Source of the DNA: a virus | Length of the DNA: 64,000 nt | Strand: one strand, 5' to 3' | Virus record (IMG/VR): IMGVR_UViG_3300009151_009555 | Shown: positions 1 through 9,252 of the stretch, piece by piece | Layout: each line of letters starts with the position of its first letter | Position numbering within the stretch: position 1 is the first letter of the stretch | The notes under the pieces: generated by a model | Databases searched by the model: none | Told to the model about the DNA's origin: nothing | The model's input: the letters and a program-made list of their open reading frames with translations, nothing else | Made by a program: the position numbers and the translations under genes

Positions 1-297
1 TCATATTCCTATCTCTTTAAGTTTTTCTTCTCTTAGTATCTGTAGACATTCTGCCATTGGATACATTACGCCAATGGTATGAGACCACGACGTATTGGCT
101 TCATTGCTGTAGTCTCCATCCCATTTTCTGGGAAATCGTATCTCTATTCTAGATCCGACACCGTGAGGACCTTCCGCTATCTTATGAACGGTTCCTTCCA
201 CACCGATGAATTGTAACATTCCCTCCTCCCATCCAACCCGTGCTGAGTTGTCTTTGTCGAACTGGAACCCTTTTAATTTTTGACCTTTCTTTATCAT
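1..297 (-). CDS. hypothetical small protein with the C-terminal ...EEKLKEIGI tag; stop codon may lie beyond the window edge
   Basis: ORF 1..330 on the minus strand. The internal ATG at 297 overlaps the stop of the upstream gene (AAATATGA). The C-terminus carries the family motif KLKEIGI. Confidence 0.45.
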   Translation of the reverse strand: MIKKGQKLKGFQFDKDNSARVGWEEGMLQFIGVEGTVHKIAEGPHGVGSRIEIRFPRKWDGDYSNEANTSWSHTIGVMYPMAECLQILREEKLKEIGI

Positions 298-557
298 ATT
301 TCTTTGAGTTCTTCTTCTCTGGCATACCACTGGTCGCCTTCTTCGTCTGTGAAGTAGTAGATGTAACAGCTACCCTTCATTCCGCATTTGTCAATGGTTA
401 TGACCTTACCATCCATTTCTGCCTTATCTCCTTTATAGAATAGCGGCATGCTTATCCAATCAGGGAAAAGGTCAAGTACTTGTTGTGCCTTTGCTTTGTC
501 TCCGATTATCTCTTTTAATTTTCTCTCGAATCCTGATAAGTTGTCTAGTTCTTTCAT
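294..557 (-). CDS. hypothetical protein, 87 aa
   Basis: ORF track. It ends ...EEELKEI with ATATGA coupling to the next gene. Confidence 0.45.
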   Translation of the reverse strand: MKELDNLSGFERKLKEIIGDKAKAQQVLDLFPDWISMPLFYKGDKAEMDGKVITIDKCGMKGSCYIYYFTDEEGDQWYAREEELKEI

Positions 558-618
558 AGCTGCAATATACGGATAATATTCGATTATATTCCTATTTTAT
601 CTCCTACTTTAATATCTT

Positions 619-831
619 TCATATTCCTATTTCATTAAGTTGTCGTTCTCTCCATTCTTCGAGAGTTATGAATCTAGATTCTTTATATGTGTGTTGTTTA
701 CCAAAGTCGTTTATAATTTTTATACCACCAAATTCCCGATTGACTACATCATAACTGATACCATATCTTATTCCTTCCTGTGGTCTTCCTTTCCCCATCC
801 AATAAAAAGGTTCTATACAAACTACTTTCAT
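619..831 (-). CDS. hypothetical protein with C-terminal RERQLNEIGI tag
   Basis: ORF 619..870. The start was moved to the ATG at 831, which sits 4 nt after the stop of 836..1285. Confidence 0.45.
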   Translation of the reverse strand: MKVVCIEPFYWMGKGRPQEGIRYGISYDVVNREFGGIKIINDFGKQHTYKESRFITLEEWRERQLNEIGI

Positions 832-835
832 AGTC

Positions 836-1285
836 TTATTTCTTTGTAAGTTCTGTTGAATCGAAGCCAACGTTCTCAGCCACGCCTACTTTGTTTAATA
901 CCGTGATGTAAGTGTATTTTCCTTTTTGACTTCTTACATCGTAAGTCCCTGGGTACTTCTTCGCAAACGTACCTGATTTGAATACGACCTTATCTCCTGC
1001 AACGAATACCTCTGCGATAACTGGCTTATCCCAGCCTGGTACTAACTGATCTAATAACACTGGGTTTAATAAGTCATTCATCGCCTCACCAAAACTTTTA
1101 GTCTTACCAGCTGTTTGAACGTATCTGTCTAAGGCAGTGAAGGCACCAGGCATCTTAGCTAACTGACCACTGGCTTTGGCACCACTATATGAAGTTGTGA
1201 AGTTTCCAGTAGGTAGTTTCAAAGTAATGTAGTTGTGTTGAACATTAAGTTTCGGTGCTGCTATTTTCTTTGTCTTAGTTGCCAT
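836..1285 (-). CDS. hypothetical protein, 149 aa
   Basis: ORF track. No motif recognised. Confidence 0.5.
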   Translation of the reverse strand: MATKTKKIAAPKLNVQHNYITLKLPTGNFTTSYSGAKASGQLAKMPGAFTALDRYVQTAGKTKSFGEAMNDLLNPVLLDQLVPGWDKPVIAEVFVAGDKVVFKSGTFAKKYPGTYDVRSQKGKYTYITVLNKVGVAENVGFDSTELTKK

Positions 1286-1458
1286 ATGTTATATCGTTTG
1301 TGTTTAACAAAGATACTCAACTTTGTTGAGACTTCCAAAGGAAGTAGTGAACTTCGTGAACTCAGTAGTCATTTTATATGACTTAACAAGTGAGTAAGTA
1401 TCATATTCAATAAAACAAATAATAAAAATTCTTATATAACCTAAAAAATATATTTATT

Positions 1459-1629
1459 ATGGAAGAAGCAATGAGTGAAAGACCATCTTACGCATGGGAG
1501 AACAAACAATACTTATTAGAAGTATTTATGAACAAATTAGGAATCACTACAGAGGATCTTGAAAATGATCCAAGCTGGATGAAAGCTAAGATTAGAGAGT
1601 TCAATATCGATACGATATTAGAAAACTAA
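1459..1629 (+). CDS. possible small protein of 56 aa (MEEAMSERPSYAWENKQYLLEVFMNKLGITTEDLENDPSWMKAKIREFNIDTILEN)
   Basis: Read by eye; below the 60-aa cutoff of the ORF track. A hairpin plus T-run follows at about 1636..1668. Confidence 0.3.
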   Translation: MEEAMSERPSYAWENKQYLLEVFMNKLGITTEDLENDPSWMKAKIREFNIDTILEN

Positions 1630-1682
1630 TAAAGAAAGCCTTTGATTATTTCAGAGGCTTTTCTATTAATAATATATAATAA

Positions 1683-2414
1683 ATGAATTATATAACCACT
1701 ACATATTCGGAGTTTATGTTAAATGAGACATTAAAAACTCATGATATAAATTTAACATACAATAATGTAAATAGGGAGTTATCTCTTCTTCGCATAAATT
1801 TCACAATAAATATTAATATCAATAAAATTGAAATAACGTTATTAGATTTCCGATTTTTAAGGGATATTAAAAGTTATTTAGATGTTATAAATAACTTATT
1901 GATAGATAGACATGGGTGGTTTCCAAGTGAAATGGAAATAACAAATACATCAACATCAAAAACATTATTACCATATGATGAATCAATGTTATTGAGTGAT
2001 AATAACACATATTACCAAGATGTTAAAATAGTATATGAGGCAAAATATGATACATTAGTAAAGACACCAAATAAGTTATATCACTTATCTATACAAGAAT
2101 ATGAAAAAAATACTATTAAAAATGGATTAGTCGCAAAATCTAAATCTAAATTATCAAAACATTTAGATAGAATATACCTTTGTTCTGATGTGAAAGATTG
2201 TTATAATCTAATACCAAAGATGAATTTTATATATGGTATGCATAAGTATACTGATAAAAAAAATAAAATAAATACAAAATGGATTATCTATGAAATAGCG
2301 AGTAAAAAATTAGACTTGAAACTTTATATAGATCCAAATTATCCAAATAGCACTGCAGTTTATACAATAGATAATATATCCAGTAACAATTTAACTCCTT
2401 ATGATAAAGAGTAA
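1683..2414 (+). CDS. hypothetical Asn/Ile-rich protein, 243 aa
   Basis: Long ORF in very AT-rich DNA. No recognisable motif. Confidence 0.4.
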   Translation: MNYITTTYSEFMLNETLKTHDINLTYNNVNRELSLLRINFTINININKIEITLLDFRFLRDIKSYLDVINNLLIDRHGWFPSEMEITNTSTSKTLLPYDESMLLSDNNTYYQDVKIVYEAKYDTLVKTPNKLYHLSIQEYEKNTIKNGLVAKSKSKLSKHLDRIYLCSDVKDCYNLIPKMNFIYGMHKYTDKKNKINTKWIIYEIASKKLDLKLYIDPNYPNSTAVYTIDNISSNNLTPYDKE

Positions 2415-2419
2415 CCAGT

Positions 2420-3007
2420 TTATAATTCCAATAAAGGAACCTTTGTTCCATCAACTGCAGCTTTCTTGCAAAACCCATCATATAAAACAACTTCACCATC
2501 TTGAAAAGCATAATTACCATTATGGGTTCCTCTCCAGTTTGGACTGATATCATACATAGAGTTTGCTGCTCTTTCAACCTCTACATCATATTTAGAGAAA
2601 TCACTATACTCTAATACATCAACAGGACTTCTTAGTATAAGATAAGCTTCTGTATCTCCAAACGGTATTTTCCAAACACCATCTACTTTAACAAACCCCC
2701 GTGTTTTATTTAACATACAGTATTCATATAAGAATGGTGCCTCATGATAATCAAAGGTTATTTTAAAGACCTTACCATTATCTAATGAGAATACTGCACC
2801 AAAGACGCCGGCACCTAAGAACTCTTCAATCTTTCCAAACCTACTTTCAAATCTTTCTATATCTAAAGAATCGATAAACTTATCCATATTTTTTTCAACT
2901 TGTTCACTAACGATGTGTGATCTCATTATTAAGGATCTAAATCCTTTTCTTAATATGTCTTTTGTATTACTGGATACCATTTCATTAAATTTTCTAAGAT
3001 GTTTCAT
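2420..3007 (-). CDS. MK-N-terminal family member (MKHLRKFNE); possible protein-kinase-like ATP-binding fold
   Basis: N-terminus MKHLRKFNE. Contains a glycine loop LGAGVFGAV followed by VFKI (a VAIK-like lysine) and a DGF triplet. The upstream minus-strand sequence reads TATATAGTATATATG. Confidence 0.45.
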   Translation of the reverse strand: MKHLRKFNEMVSSNTKDILRKGFRSLIMRSHIVSEQVEKNMDKFIDSLDIERFESRFGKIEEFLGAGVFGAVFSLDNGKVFKITFDYHEAPFLYEYCMLNKTRGFVKVDGVWKIPFGDTEAYLILRSPVDVLEYSDFSKYDVEVERAANSMYDISPNWRGTHNGNYAFQDGEVVLYDGFCKKAAVDGTKVPLLEL

Positions 3008-3070
3008 ATATACTATATATATTTTTTGATTTTAAAAATAAATATATACTCTAATAAAATAAATACTATT

Positions 3071-3532
3071 ATGAAATACATTAAGTTATTCGAAAACTTC
3101 TCTGAAGAACCAAACACAATTACTGTTAAATTTTATGGTGATGATTTTATGAAACATTATTGGGAAGGAAGTCAAGGTATTAAAGTTTATCAAGAACATG
3201 GATTCGCTTCTAACTTTAAAAATCTTCAGGGTAAAGGTCATACAACTTATGGAGATGGCGGACTTGAAATGGAAAAAGATTATTATTATCCGCTATTTAA
3301 AGTAGTTGATAAAGAAAATATAAAAAATTCCTTCTGGTATTATATTGTATATGGTGGTGATGAAATAAATATAGTTCAGTCTTCAGAACATTCAGATCAA
3401 GGTATTGATATACCAAATAATTTCAATTCTTTAAAAACCATTACTCATAATTGGTATTGTAAATTTGACAATGGTGTTATTCCAGGTGAAAAAGACCACA
3501 GAGGATACTTTGAGATCGTATCTGTTAAATAA
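3071..3532 (+). CDS. MK-N-terminal family protein (MKYIKLFENF)
   Basis: ORF 2999..3532 trimmed to the ATG at 3071, which is preceded by AAATATATACTCTAATAAA. Confidence 0.55.
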   Translation: MKYIKLFENFSEEPNTITVKFYGDDFMKHYWEGSQGIKVYQEHGFASNFKNLQGKGHTTYGDGGLEMEKDYYYPLFKVVDKENIKNSFWYYIVYGGDEINIVQSSEHSDQGIDIPNNFNSLKTITHNWYCKFDNGVIPGEKDHRGYFEIVSVK

Positions 3533-3554
3533 TCTAAGAAAAAAAAATACTATT

Positions 3555-4031
3555 ATGAAACACATTAAAACATTCGAATCATACTCTGTAAACGAGAACT
3601 GGATCGGCGACGCATGGAACTGGATCAAAGAAAAACTTACTTCATGGATTTCTCGCTTGACTGGAGACTTCAAAGAAGGAGCTCAATATGCTATAGACTG
3701 GATCAAAGACAACTACGATATGATGAAAGAAACTGTAGAAGGATTAAGAAAAGCATCCGAAGTAGAAATAGAAAAGTTATTTAACTGGGTTAAATCTATT
3801 ACTTTGAATACAGACCAGATGATTCCTGCTATGGAGTCAGCAGAAGAATCTAAATCTATTCTAGATAAGATAGCTCGTATATCAGGAGCGTCTATTGCAA
3901 CTCTAGCTTGTTTTGGTGGTCCAGTAGCAGCACTTGCGGGATTGATTATGAGTAATGGTGTATTGTTTTTAGCAGGAGCTGTAGCTGCGGTAATCGCTTG
4001 GTCGATAGTTTCTGCAGTAGGAAATGAATAA
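3555..4031 (+). CDS. MK-N-terminal family protein (MKHIKTFESY) with C-terminal transmembrane helices
   Basis: ORF 3465..4031 trimmed to the ATG at 3555. The C-terminus is hydrophobic and Ala/Gly-rich. Confidence 0.55.
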   Translation: MKHIKTFESYSVNENWIGDAWNWIKEKLTSWISRLTGDFKEGAQYAIDWIKDNYDMMKETVEGLRKASEVEIEKLFNWVKSITLNTDQMIPAMESAEESKSILDKIARISGASIATLACFGGPVAALAGLIMSNGVLFLAGAVAAVIAWSIVSAVGNE

Positions 4032-4057
4032 GATAAAAAAATGAATAAGATAAAGAT

Positions 4058-4519
4058 ATGAAACATTTAAAAAGATTTAATGAAAGTAAAGAAGAAGAGT
4101 TTGATGTGGAATATATCAGACATTGCTTTGTAGATATAATCGACGAATTCAATCTAAAGATAGAAGATAAAAGCTTTAAAGAATATGATATGACAGATAA
4201 AGTGCACACAGAAGTTCCTTGTCTACAGATTGTAATCGACTTACCTAGGCTTAATGGAAGAATAGCTTTTGTAGGAGAAGTAAGCGAGTTTGAAAAGCAA
4301 TATGGTTTATGTAATGCTATAGAGGACTTGGTAAAAGCGAGCTCGGATCTAGCTAAGATATTAGAGACGGTGGATGTGGCGATTAAAAGATTGTCTGACG
4401 AATTTCCAGAGTATAAGTTCACTAACAACCATATCAATGATAAGTTGAAATCAAGAGTTCTATATGCGACTAAATCAGATGGTGATAAACCAAAGATGTT
4501 TATAACTATAACGAAATGA
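4058..4519 (+). CDS. MK-N-terminal family protein (MKHLKRFNES)
   Basis: ORF track. Same first 10 residues as the protein at 5012. Confidence 0.55.
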   Translation: MKHLKRFNESKEEEFDVEYIRHCFVDIIDEFNLKIEDKSFKEYDMTDKVHTEVPCLQIVIDLPRLNGRIAFVGEVSEFEKQYGLCNAIEDLVKASSDLAKILETVDVAIKRLSDEFPEYKFTNNHINDKLKSRVLYATKSDGDKPKMFITITK

Positions 4520-4974
4520 AAAGAATAAAAAGTTTTAAGTTATTCGAATCGGTCGATCCTGAAATAGTAGAGAAGGTATGTTCTTTATACGAGGATGTAA
4601 GGTCTATCGGGCATATCTTAGAAGAAGAAGGATTTGAGCCAGAGTATAAGATAACAGTGGTGTGCGTTCCTGAAGGAACTCTTCAGAAAGAGGTCAGAAC
4701 CATTCAGGTCAGAAAATCTGAAGAGATCAGAGGGTTCTTGAGAAGATACAACTTTATGAAACTGAGATGCTTCGTAGTAACTATAAGGAATGCCAATCCA
4801 AAAAATCTTGATCATAAAGAGTCTATTGATTTTTTCAAAGAAGAGGTCGATAGGTATTTCGCACTGTTGAAGGATCATCTGGATTATGTTCCAGAAGAGC
4901 ATATAAAAAAACAGATTTGGCATTCTACGGGACCGTACTATGATATATCTATATCTTCTGATTTTTTCAAATAA
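4516..4974 (+). CDS. MK-N-terminal family protein (MKRIKSFKLFES)
   Basis: ORF track. ATGA overlap with the upstream gene. Confidence 0.55.
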   Translation: MKRIKSFKLFESVDPEIVEKVCSLYEDVRSIGHILEEEGFEPEYKITVVCVPEGTLQKEVRTIQVRKSEEIRGFLRRYNFMKLRCFVVTIRNANPKNLDHKESIDFFKEEVDRYFALLKDHLDYVPEEHIKKQIWHSTGPYYDISISSDFFK

Positions 4975-4977
4975 TAT

Positions 4978-4994
4978 TTAATATATACTCTAAT
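4978..4994 (+). promoter_or_regulatory. class-A promoter-like motif TTTAATATATACTCTAAT, 18 nt upstream of the ATG
   Basis: One of at least 18 instances of the same motif immediately 5-prime of plus-strand MK-family genes. Confidence 0.5.
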
Positions 4995-5011
4995 AAAAAA
5001 ATAAACTAACT

Positions 5012-5410
5012 ATGAAACACTTAAAAAGATTTAACGAATCTGAGATACCAAATCCACATGCGTGGAGAAATAAGCCAGCTGCAGAAAAAGAAACAAACGT
5101 CTTAGATATGGTAAGAGGTGGTGATGTAAATGCTCTTGAAGACTTCTTACATGCAAATGAAGCAGACTTAAAAAGAAATGTTACTATGGCTGCAAAGTTT
5201 TCGGCACCAGGTACTCGTCATCAAAATAATGAAATATATGATTATGTAATGGATCACTATATCGATATAATCGATATGGAAGCTGTTGCTAAATGGTTGA
5301 AATATGACAGATCACATCGTGATTACGTGGCTTCAAAGTCTAATGGAAGAGACATTGATAGTGAAGGTAATGATTGGTATGGTTTCGATCATCCAGAAGA
5401 TCTTAAATAA
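5012..5410 (+). CDS. MK-N-terminal family protein (MKHLKRFNES)
   Basis: ORF track. Preceded by TTTAATATATACTCTAAT at 4978..4994 and followed by a terminator. Confidence 0.55.
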   Translation: MKHLKRFNESEIPNPHAWRNKPAAEKETNVLDMVRGGDVNALEDFLHANEADLKRNVTMAAKFSAPGTRHQNNEIYDYVMDHYIDIIDMEAVAKWLKYDRSHRDYVASKSNGRDIDSEGNDWYGFDHPEDLK

Positions 5411-5414
5411 TATT

Positions 5415-5443
5415 AAACCCATTCAAATCGAGTGGGTTTTTTT
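5415..5443. terminator. rho-independent terminator hairpin plus T-run
   Basis: AAACCCA...TGGGTTT stem followed by TTTTTTT. An A-run upstream gives it the potential to act on both strands. Confidence 0.5.
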
Positions 5444-5444
5444 A

Positions 5445-5633
5445 TCATGAGTTTTTCACATGACTTACATAAGATCCTATAGCGATTCCTGATAGTGTAG
5501 CCAGAGGTCCTACGAATTGTATAGGTATGAACTGGTCTAAAGTCAATTCAATACCGAATATAACAGTCCACAATATGGTTGGTAACAAGATGATTGATAC
5601 CAGTGCTGGAGTTTCTTTGATAAACTTTCTCAT
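5445..5633 (-). CDS. small membrane protein, 62 aa
   Basis: ORF track. Two hydrophobic helices. Confidence 0.4.
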   Translation of the reverse strand: MRKFIKETPALVSIILLPTILWTVIFGIELTLDQFIPIQFVGPLATLSGIAIGSYVSHVKNS

Positions 5634-5660
5634 TTTATTTTAATTTACTTTTATGAAATC

Positions 5661-6095
5661 TTAGTATTCAAACCTTTCGTCTAAATCAAATAGTTTGTCG
5701 AACTCTTCCTCTGGAAGATAATCAAGTTCTCCTATGACGCAGCAGACGAAGCTATGTGCTCTACCATATACTGGATAGTTATCCAGCACCTCTGATAGTA
5801 TCTTACCAATCTCTGTTATTGGTTTGACTTGTAGTCCAATCATAATCTCTTTCATGTTCATAACTTCATACGGGCCTTTGTCGTCGTAGCTGTATGTGCC
5901 GAACTTCTGTATGGCTTTATCAATCTTATTGATAAGATTGAGTGCATCGGGACTGATACTGACAGGTTGTTTCTTACTTCTAGTAATCTCGTCGATATAG
6001 TCGATTACGGACTCTGCTAATGAAGAGAACTCTTGTTGGTTCATTTTAGAGTCTGCCTCATTAAGCAGAGCGATGATTTTGTTTTCTATGTCCAT
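5661..6095 (-). CDS. hypothetical protein
   Basis: ORF 5661..6170 trimmed to the ATG at 6095 (MDIENKIIALL). The untrimmed N-terminus would read through the adjacent tRNA-like element. Confidence 0.45.
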   Translation of the reverse strand: MDIENKIIALLNEADSKMNQQEFSSLAESVIDYIDEITRSKKQPVSISPDALNLINKIDKAIQKFGTYSYDDKGPYEVMNMKEIMIGLQVKPITEIGKILSEVLDNYPVYGRAHSFVCCVIGELDYLPEEEFDKLFDLDERFEY

Positions 6096-6109
6096 AGTGT
6101 TTATTTTTG

Positions 6110-6215
6110 TTGTCAGGACAGGATTCGAACCTGTATGTTGAAAGTTCCGAATATCACACTCGCTTATCAACTATAATGCACTTCACTTTAGCGTATACCA
6201 TTCCGCCACCTGACT
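6110..6215 (-). tRNA. tRNA-like element, unusually long (about 106 nt); isotype unresolved
   Basis: The minus-strand reading has an acceptor AGTCAGG/CCTGACA (one mismatch) and a Leu/Ser-type D-arm GGCGGAATGGTATACGC. It has a T-arm ACAGG-TTCGAAT-CCTGT. About 56 nt lie between the D- and T-arms, too long for a standard class-II tRNA. Confidence 0.45.
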
Positions 6216-6235
6216 ATACAAATATAGTATTTATT

Positions 6236-6251
6236 TTTAATATATACTCAT
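6236..6251 (+). promoter_or_regulatory. class-A motif TTTAATATATACTCAT abutting the ATG at 6252
   Basis: Motif instance. Confidence 0.5.
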
Positions 6252-6881
6252 ATGAAGTACATAAAATTATTCGAAGCAAAAAAGACATATACACAGAAGT
6301 CAAAAGAACTTTATGATAAGTTTAATTCGCTTATAGACGAAGCGACCAAAATAGAAGTAGAGGATGTCATGAGATCCATTTTCGACATAACCGGATCGCC
6401 AACCAGCGAAAGTTATTATATAAGATGGAGTGTAAAGGGTACTAATAAGGCAGGCATTACATCGCCGCTTTTCCATGATGTGGATACTTATAAATTGGTC
6501 AAATACGCCTATGACAATCTTTTGCTGGGCAATCTTACTATGGATGCTTCTCTTTCCTATGATATTCAGTCGGTTAGAGATGAATTACTAGAGTTGGTAG
6601 AAGATGAAGTGGTTTATGTAAAGGAAACTTTAGAGTCTATGGGATATGAGTTTGACTACCAAAAATACGTTCCAACAACTGGTTCGCCCACCATAAGATT
6701 TCGTGTTATCAAAAAGGACGTGGATGGCTCTTCTATAATAGAAGATAGGGAATACTATTCTTCTTTGCCTAAGTCTATAATAAAGCCTTTTGGTTTATTT
6801 ATGATGCAGTACAAGGTTCCTGATGAAAAGGCCGCAGAGTTCGCCAATCTGTTGGGATCCGCTGACTGGTCCAAAGAATAA
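6252..6881 (+). CDS. MK-N-terminal family protein (MKYIKLFEA)
   Basis: ORF track. Preceded by TTTTTAATATATACTCAT directly at the ATG. Confidence 0.55.
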   Translation: MKYIKLFEAKKTYTQKSKELYDKFNSLIDEATKIEVEDVMRSIFDITGSPTSESYYIRWSVKGTNKAGITSPLFHDVDTYKLVKYAYDNLLLGNLTMDASLSYDIQSVRDELLELVEDEVVYVKETLESMGYEFDYQKYVPTTGSPTIRFRVIKKDVDGSSIIEDREYYSSLPKSIIKPFGLFMMQYKVPDEKAAEFANLLGSADWSKE

Positions 6882-6891
6882 AGTTTTTAAT

Positions 6892-7806
6892 ATGAAGTGG
6901 ATAAAGTTTTACGAGAATTTCAGACCGTCTGGTGGAATCCTTCCGGTCAGAGAGTTAAGACTAGAAGAGTTGAAAGAACTGCTTCGTAATAATTGTAATG
7001 ACTTTTTGGATATACTAAAGTCAGTAGACTATGACCTTGTCGGGGCGAAACAAAGTTTACTTTTCAGGAGGTCTCCAGACATGGGCGAAATTGTATACTC
7101 TAATCCAGGAAGTGCCGGCCACGAAAGAATAGCTCCTTATTCTCCGGTGGGTAACTACCATAACCTGATTATTTCTAATTTAGAATCATGGAAAGAGTAT
7201 CCAAAAAGAAACAAGTCTATATGTACTGGTAGATTCTCTAGGATAGAAATAGCACATGGTAAAGAAATCTATCTGGTTATACCATACGATAAAACAAGAA
7301 TAGGTATATCTCCAAGTATGGATATGTGGTTTGCTTTTAAAAAATTAACAAAGTATAAAGTACTTGCACCAACTGGAAATCAAAAATTTGATTATGAAAC
7401 ACCAGGATTGATTACAGACTGGTTCAAAAACATCATCGACGTGGTCTCTAAAAAGGCGGGATCACAAATAAGCGATGTTAGTTGGGCTGCCTTAAAACCT
7501 TATTTAGACCAAAGATACACTGATTTTGCCAAGGTTAAATACCAGTCACAGCCGGTTTCTAAAAAAGTAGAAGCACCTAAGTACTCTTATTTCCCTGAAT
7601 ACGATAGGAATCAAACACTACTCAATAATCTTGAAAGAGTATTAGATCCAAATGCACACGGGTTTAGTATTGGTTATATGAAAGACCTTCCAAGCATCTT
7701 CAGTCAAAAAAGTGCGGAATGTTGGTTTCAAGACGATTGTTTAATGGTCAAATGGAACCTTCTAAAAGATAAAGGAAAAGAAGAGATTCGTTCTATGTTC
7801 GAATAG
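6892..7806 (+). CDS. MK-N-terminal family protein (MKWIKFYENF), 304 aa
   Basis: ORF 6823..7806 trimmed to the internal ATG at 6892, which carries the family N-terminus. Confidence 0.5.
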   Translation: MKWIKFYENFRPSGGILPVRELRLEELKELLRNNCNDFLDILKSVDYDLVGAKQSLLFRRSPDMGEIVYSNPGSAGHERIAPYSPVGNYHNLIISNLESWKEYPKRNKSICTGRFSRIEIAHGKEIYLVIPYDKTRIGISPSMDMWFAFKKLTKYKVLAPTGNQKFDYETPGLITDWFKNIIDVVSKKAGSQISDVSWAALKPYLDQRYTDFAKVKYQSQPVSKKVEAPKYSYFPEYDRNQTLLNNLERVLDPNAHGFSIGYMKDLPSIFSQKSAECWFQDDCLMVKWNLLKDKGKEEIRSMFE

Positions 7807-8037
7807 AATTCTTATTTAATAAAACAAATTAGGAAGTTAAGAGAACCGTTTTTTTAAAAATCGTTGTCGTCGGCTGACGCCGAAAAGATGTGGTGCCTTG
7901 CGATTTATCTGATAAACTTTCTTCTATCTGAAATTATCTACTATTGCGTTGGCTAAGTCTGGAGACTTAGTTATATTATGTTCTGAAGAATAATATAAAT
8001 CATTTTTAATATATACTATAATAAATCAAATATAAGA

Positions 8038-8778
8038 ATGAAGTATTTAAAGAAATTCGAACTCTTCGAGAAGAAAGAAGAGAAATACACTGGCAAGAAT
8101 AGAATCATTCTATTAGGTCCACCAACTATTGGTAAATCAACTATTTCTAAGGCATTAGGTGAAAAGCTTGGATTAGAGGTTATATCACTTGATATGAACC
8201 AAATGAAGTTTGGTGGCTTCGGTGAAAAAGAAGAAGTTGAATGTGTAAAATGGACTCTTTCTAATAAAGTAAACACTCCAAGTATATTGGACTTTGGAGG
8301 TGGACATATCTACCAAGGAAATGCTAAAGATTTAATTAAAGGATATAATAACGTATTCGTTTTAATACCAAATGAAGACTATGAGTTAAGCAATGATATA
8401 CTGAGACAGAATTCAAGAACCCACGATATGAGAAAAATGATAGATCATATCTTAAATTCTCTTAAAAGTCCACGTTGTGAATTCTCAGATGATAAGAAAG
8501 AAAAAGCTATTGAGATTGCAAAGAAGATACATTCTGGTGGTACAGGTAAATTGGAAGAGAGTGATATACCTAAGGCAAGTTTAGATAAATTTGGTGAGGG
8601 TTTAAAAGGTGGATTTCATTCGGCTCCTAATTGGGATAAATACACCAACATGTATACTAAAAGACATGATAAGATAAATAGAAGTATAACAGATAATATC
8701 ATAGAAGCCTTTACTGAAAAGGGAAATAGAAGGTCTAAGTCTGCTATTGTAAATGATATTATAAAGAAATTGAAATAA
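8038..8778 (+). CDS. P-loop nucleotide/nucleoside kinase-like protein with MK-family N-terminus (MKYLKKFELFE)
   Basis: Walker A motif ILLGPPTIGKST, then a short kinase-like core (shikimate/adenylate-kinase-like arrangement). Confidence 0.5.
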   Translation: MKYLKKFELFEKKEEKYTGKNRIILLGPPTIGKSTISKALGEKLGLEVISLDMNQMKFGGFGEKEEVECVKWTLSNKVNTPSILDFGGGHIYQGNAKDLIKGYNNVFVLIPNEDYELSNDILRQNSRTHDMRKMIDHILNSLKSPRCEFSDDKKEKAIEIAKKIHSGGTGKLEESDIPKASLDKFGEGLKGGFHSAPNWDKYTNMYTKRHDKINRSITDNIIEAFTEKGNRRSKSAIVNDIIKKLK

Positions 8779-8780
8779 TA

Positions 8781-8960
8781 TTAAGATTTAAACAATCTTT
8801 TAATAAATCTCAATGTTTTACCTTTCTTTCTAGAATATCCAACATGTCCATTAGGAGTGTATACGTTCCAACTACCATTGTAATAAACTTCAACCTTATC
8901 ACCATTTTCAGTGAATAAGTCTCCTTCGACTGGATCGCTCGGTCGAACTGTATACATCAT
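8781..8960 (-). CDS. possible small protein of 59 aa (MMYTVRPSDPVEGDLFTENGDKVEVYYNGSWNVYTPNGHVGYSRKKGKTLRFIKRLFKS)
   Basis: Read by eye. Its ATG sits 1 nt after the stop of 8962..9222. Confidence 0.3.
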   Translation of the reverse strand: MMYTVRPSDPVEGDLFTENGDKVEVYYNGSWNVYTPNGHVGYSRKKGKTLRFIKRLFKS

Positions 8961-8961
8961 A

Positions 8962-9222
8962 TTACATATCAGATACTTCGATACTCAATGGAGTTCCATC
9001 GATTATCTCTGTGATCTCTTTGTCTAGAACTCCTTTAGGGACATAGTTGTTTATGTCGTTAACGCTCCATCTAAGACCTCTTAGTATAAGCATAATTTTT
9101 TTACCAACTGTTCGTTGTATATTCTCAATAGATTGTATCGCTTCATCTATTGTTCTAGGATTTTCGTCGTTGGCTACTGCCTTTTTGAAATCTCCTTTGG
9201 TGTCTACTATATTTACTATCAT
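8962..9222 (-). CDS. hypothetical protein, 86 aa
   Basis: ORF track. Confidence 0.45.
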   Translation of the reverse strand: MIVNIVDTKGDFKKAVANDENPRTIDEAIQSIENIQRTVGKKIMLILRGLRWSVNDINNYVPKGVLDKEITEIIDGTPLSIEVSDM

Positions 9223-9252
9223 ATATGTTTTATTATGATTATATCAATTTGT

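Noticed and set aside
6107-6316. 69-aa plus-strand ORF
   Set aside because: It lies on top of the minus-strand tRNA-like element, and its tail runs into the promoter and start of the gene at 6252, so it is unlikely to be a real gene.
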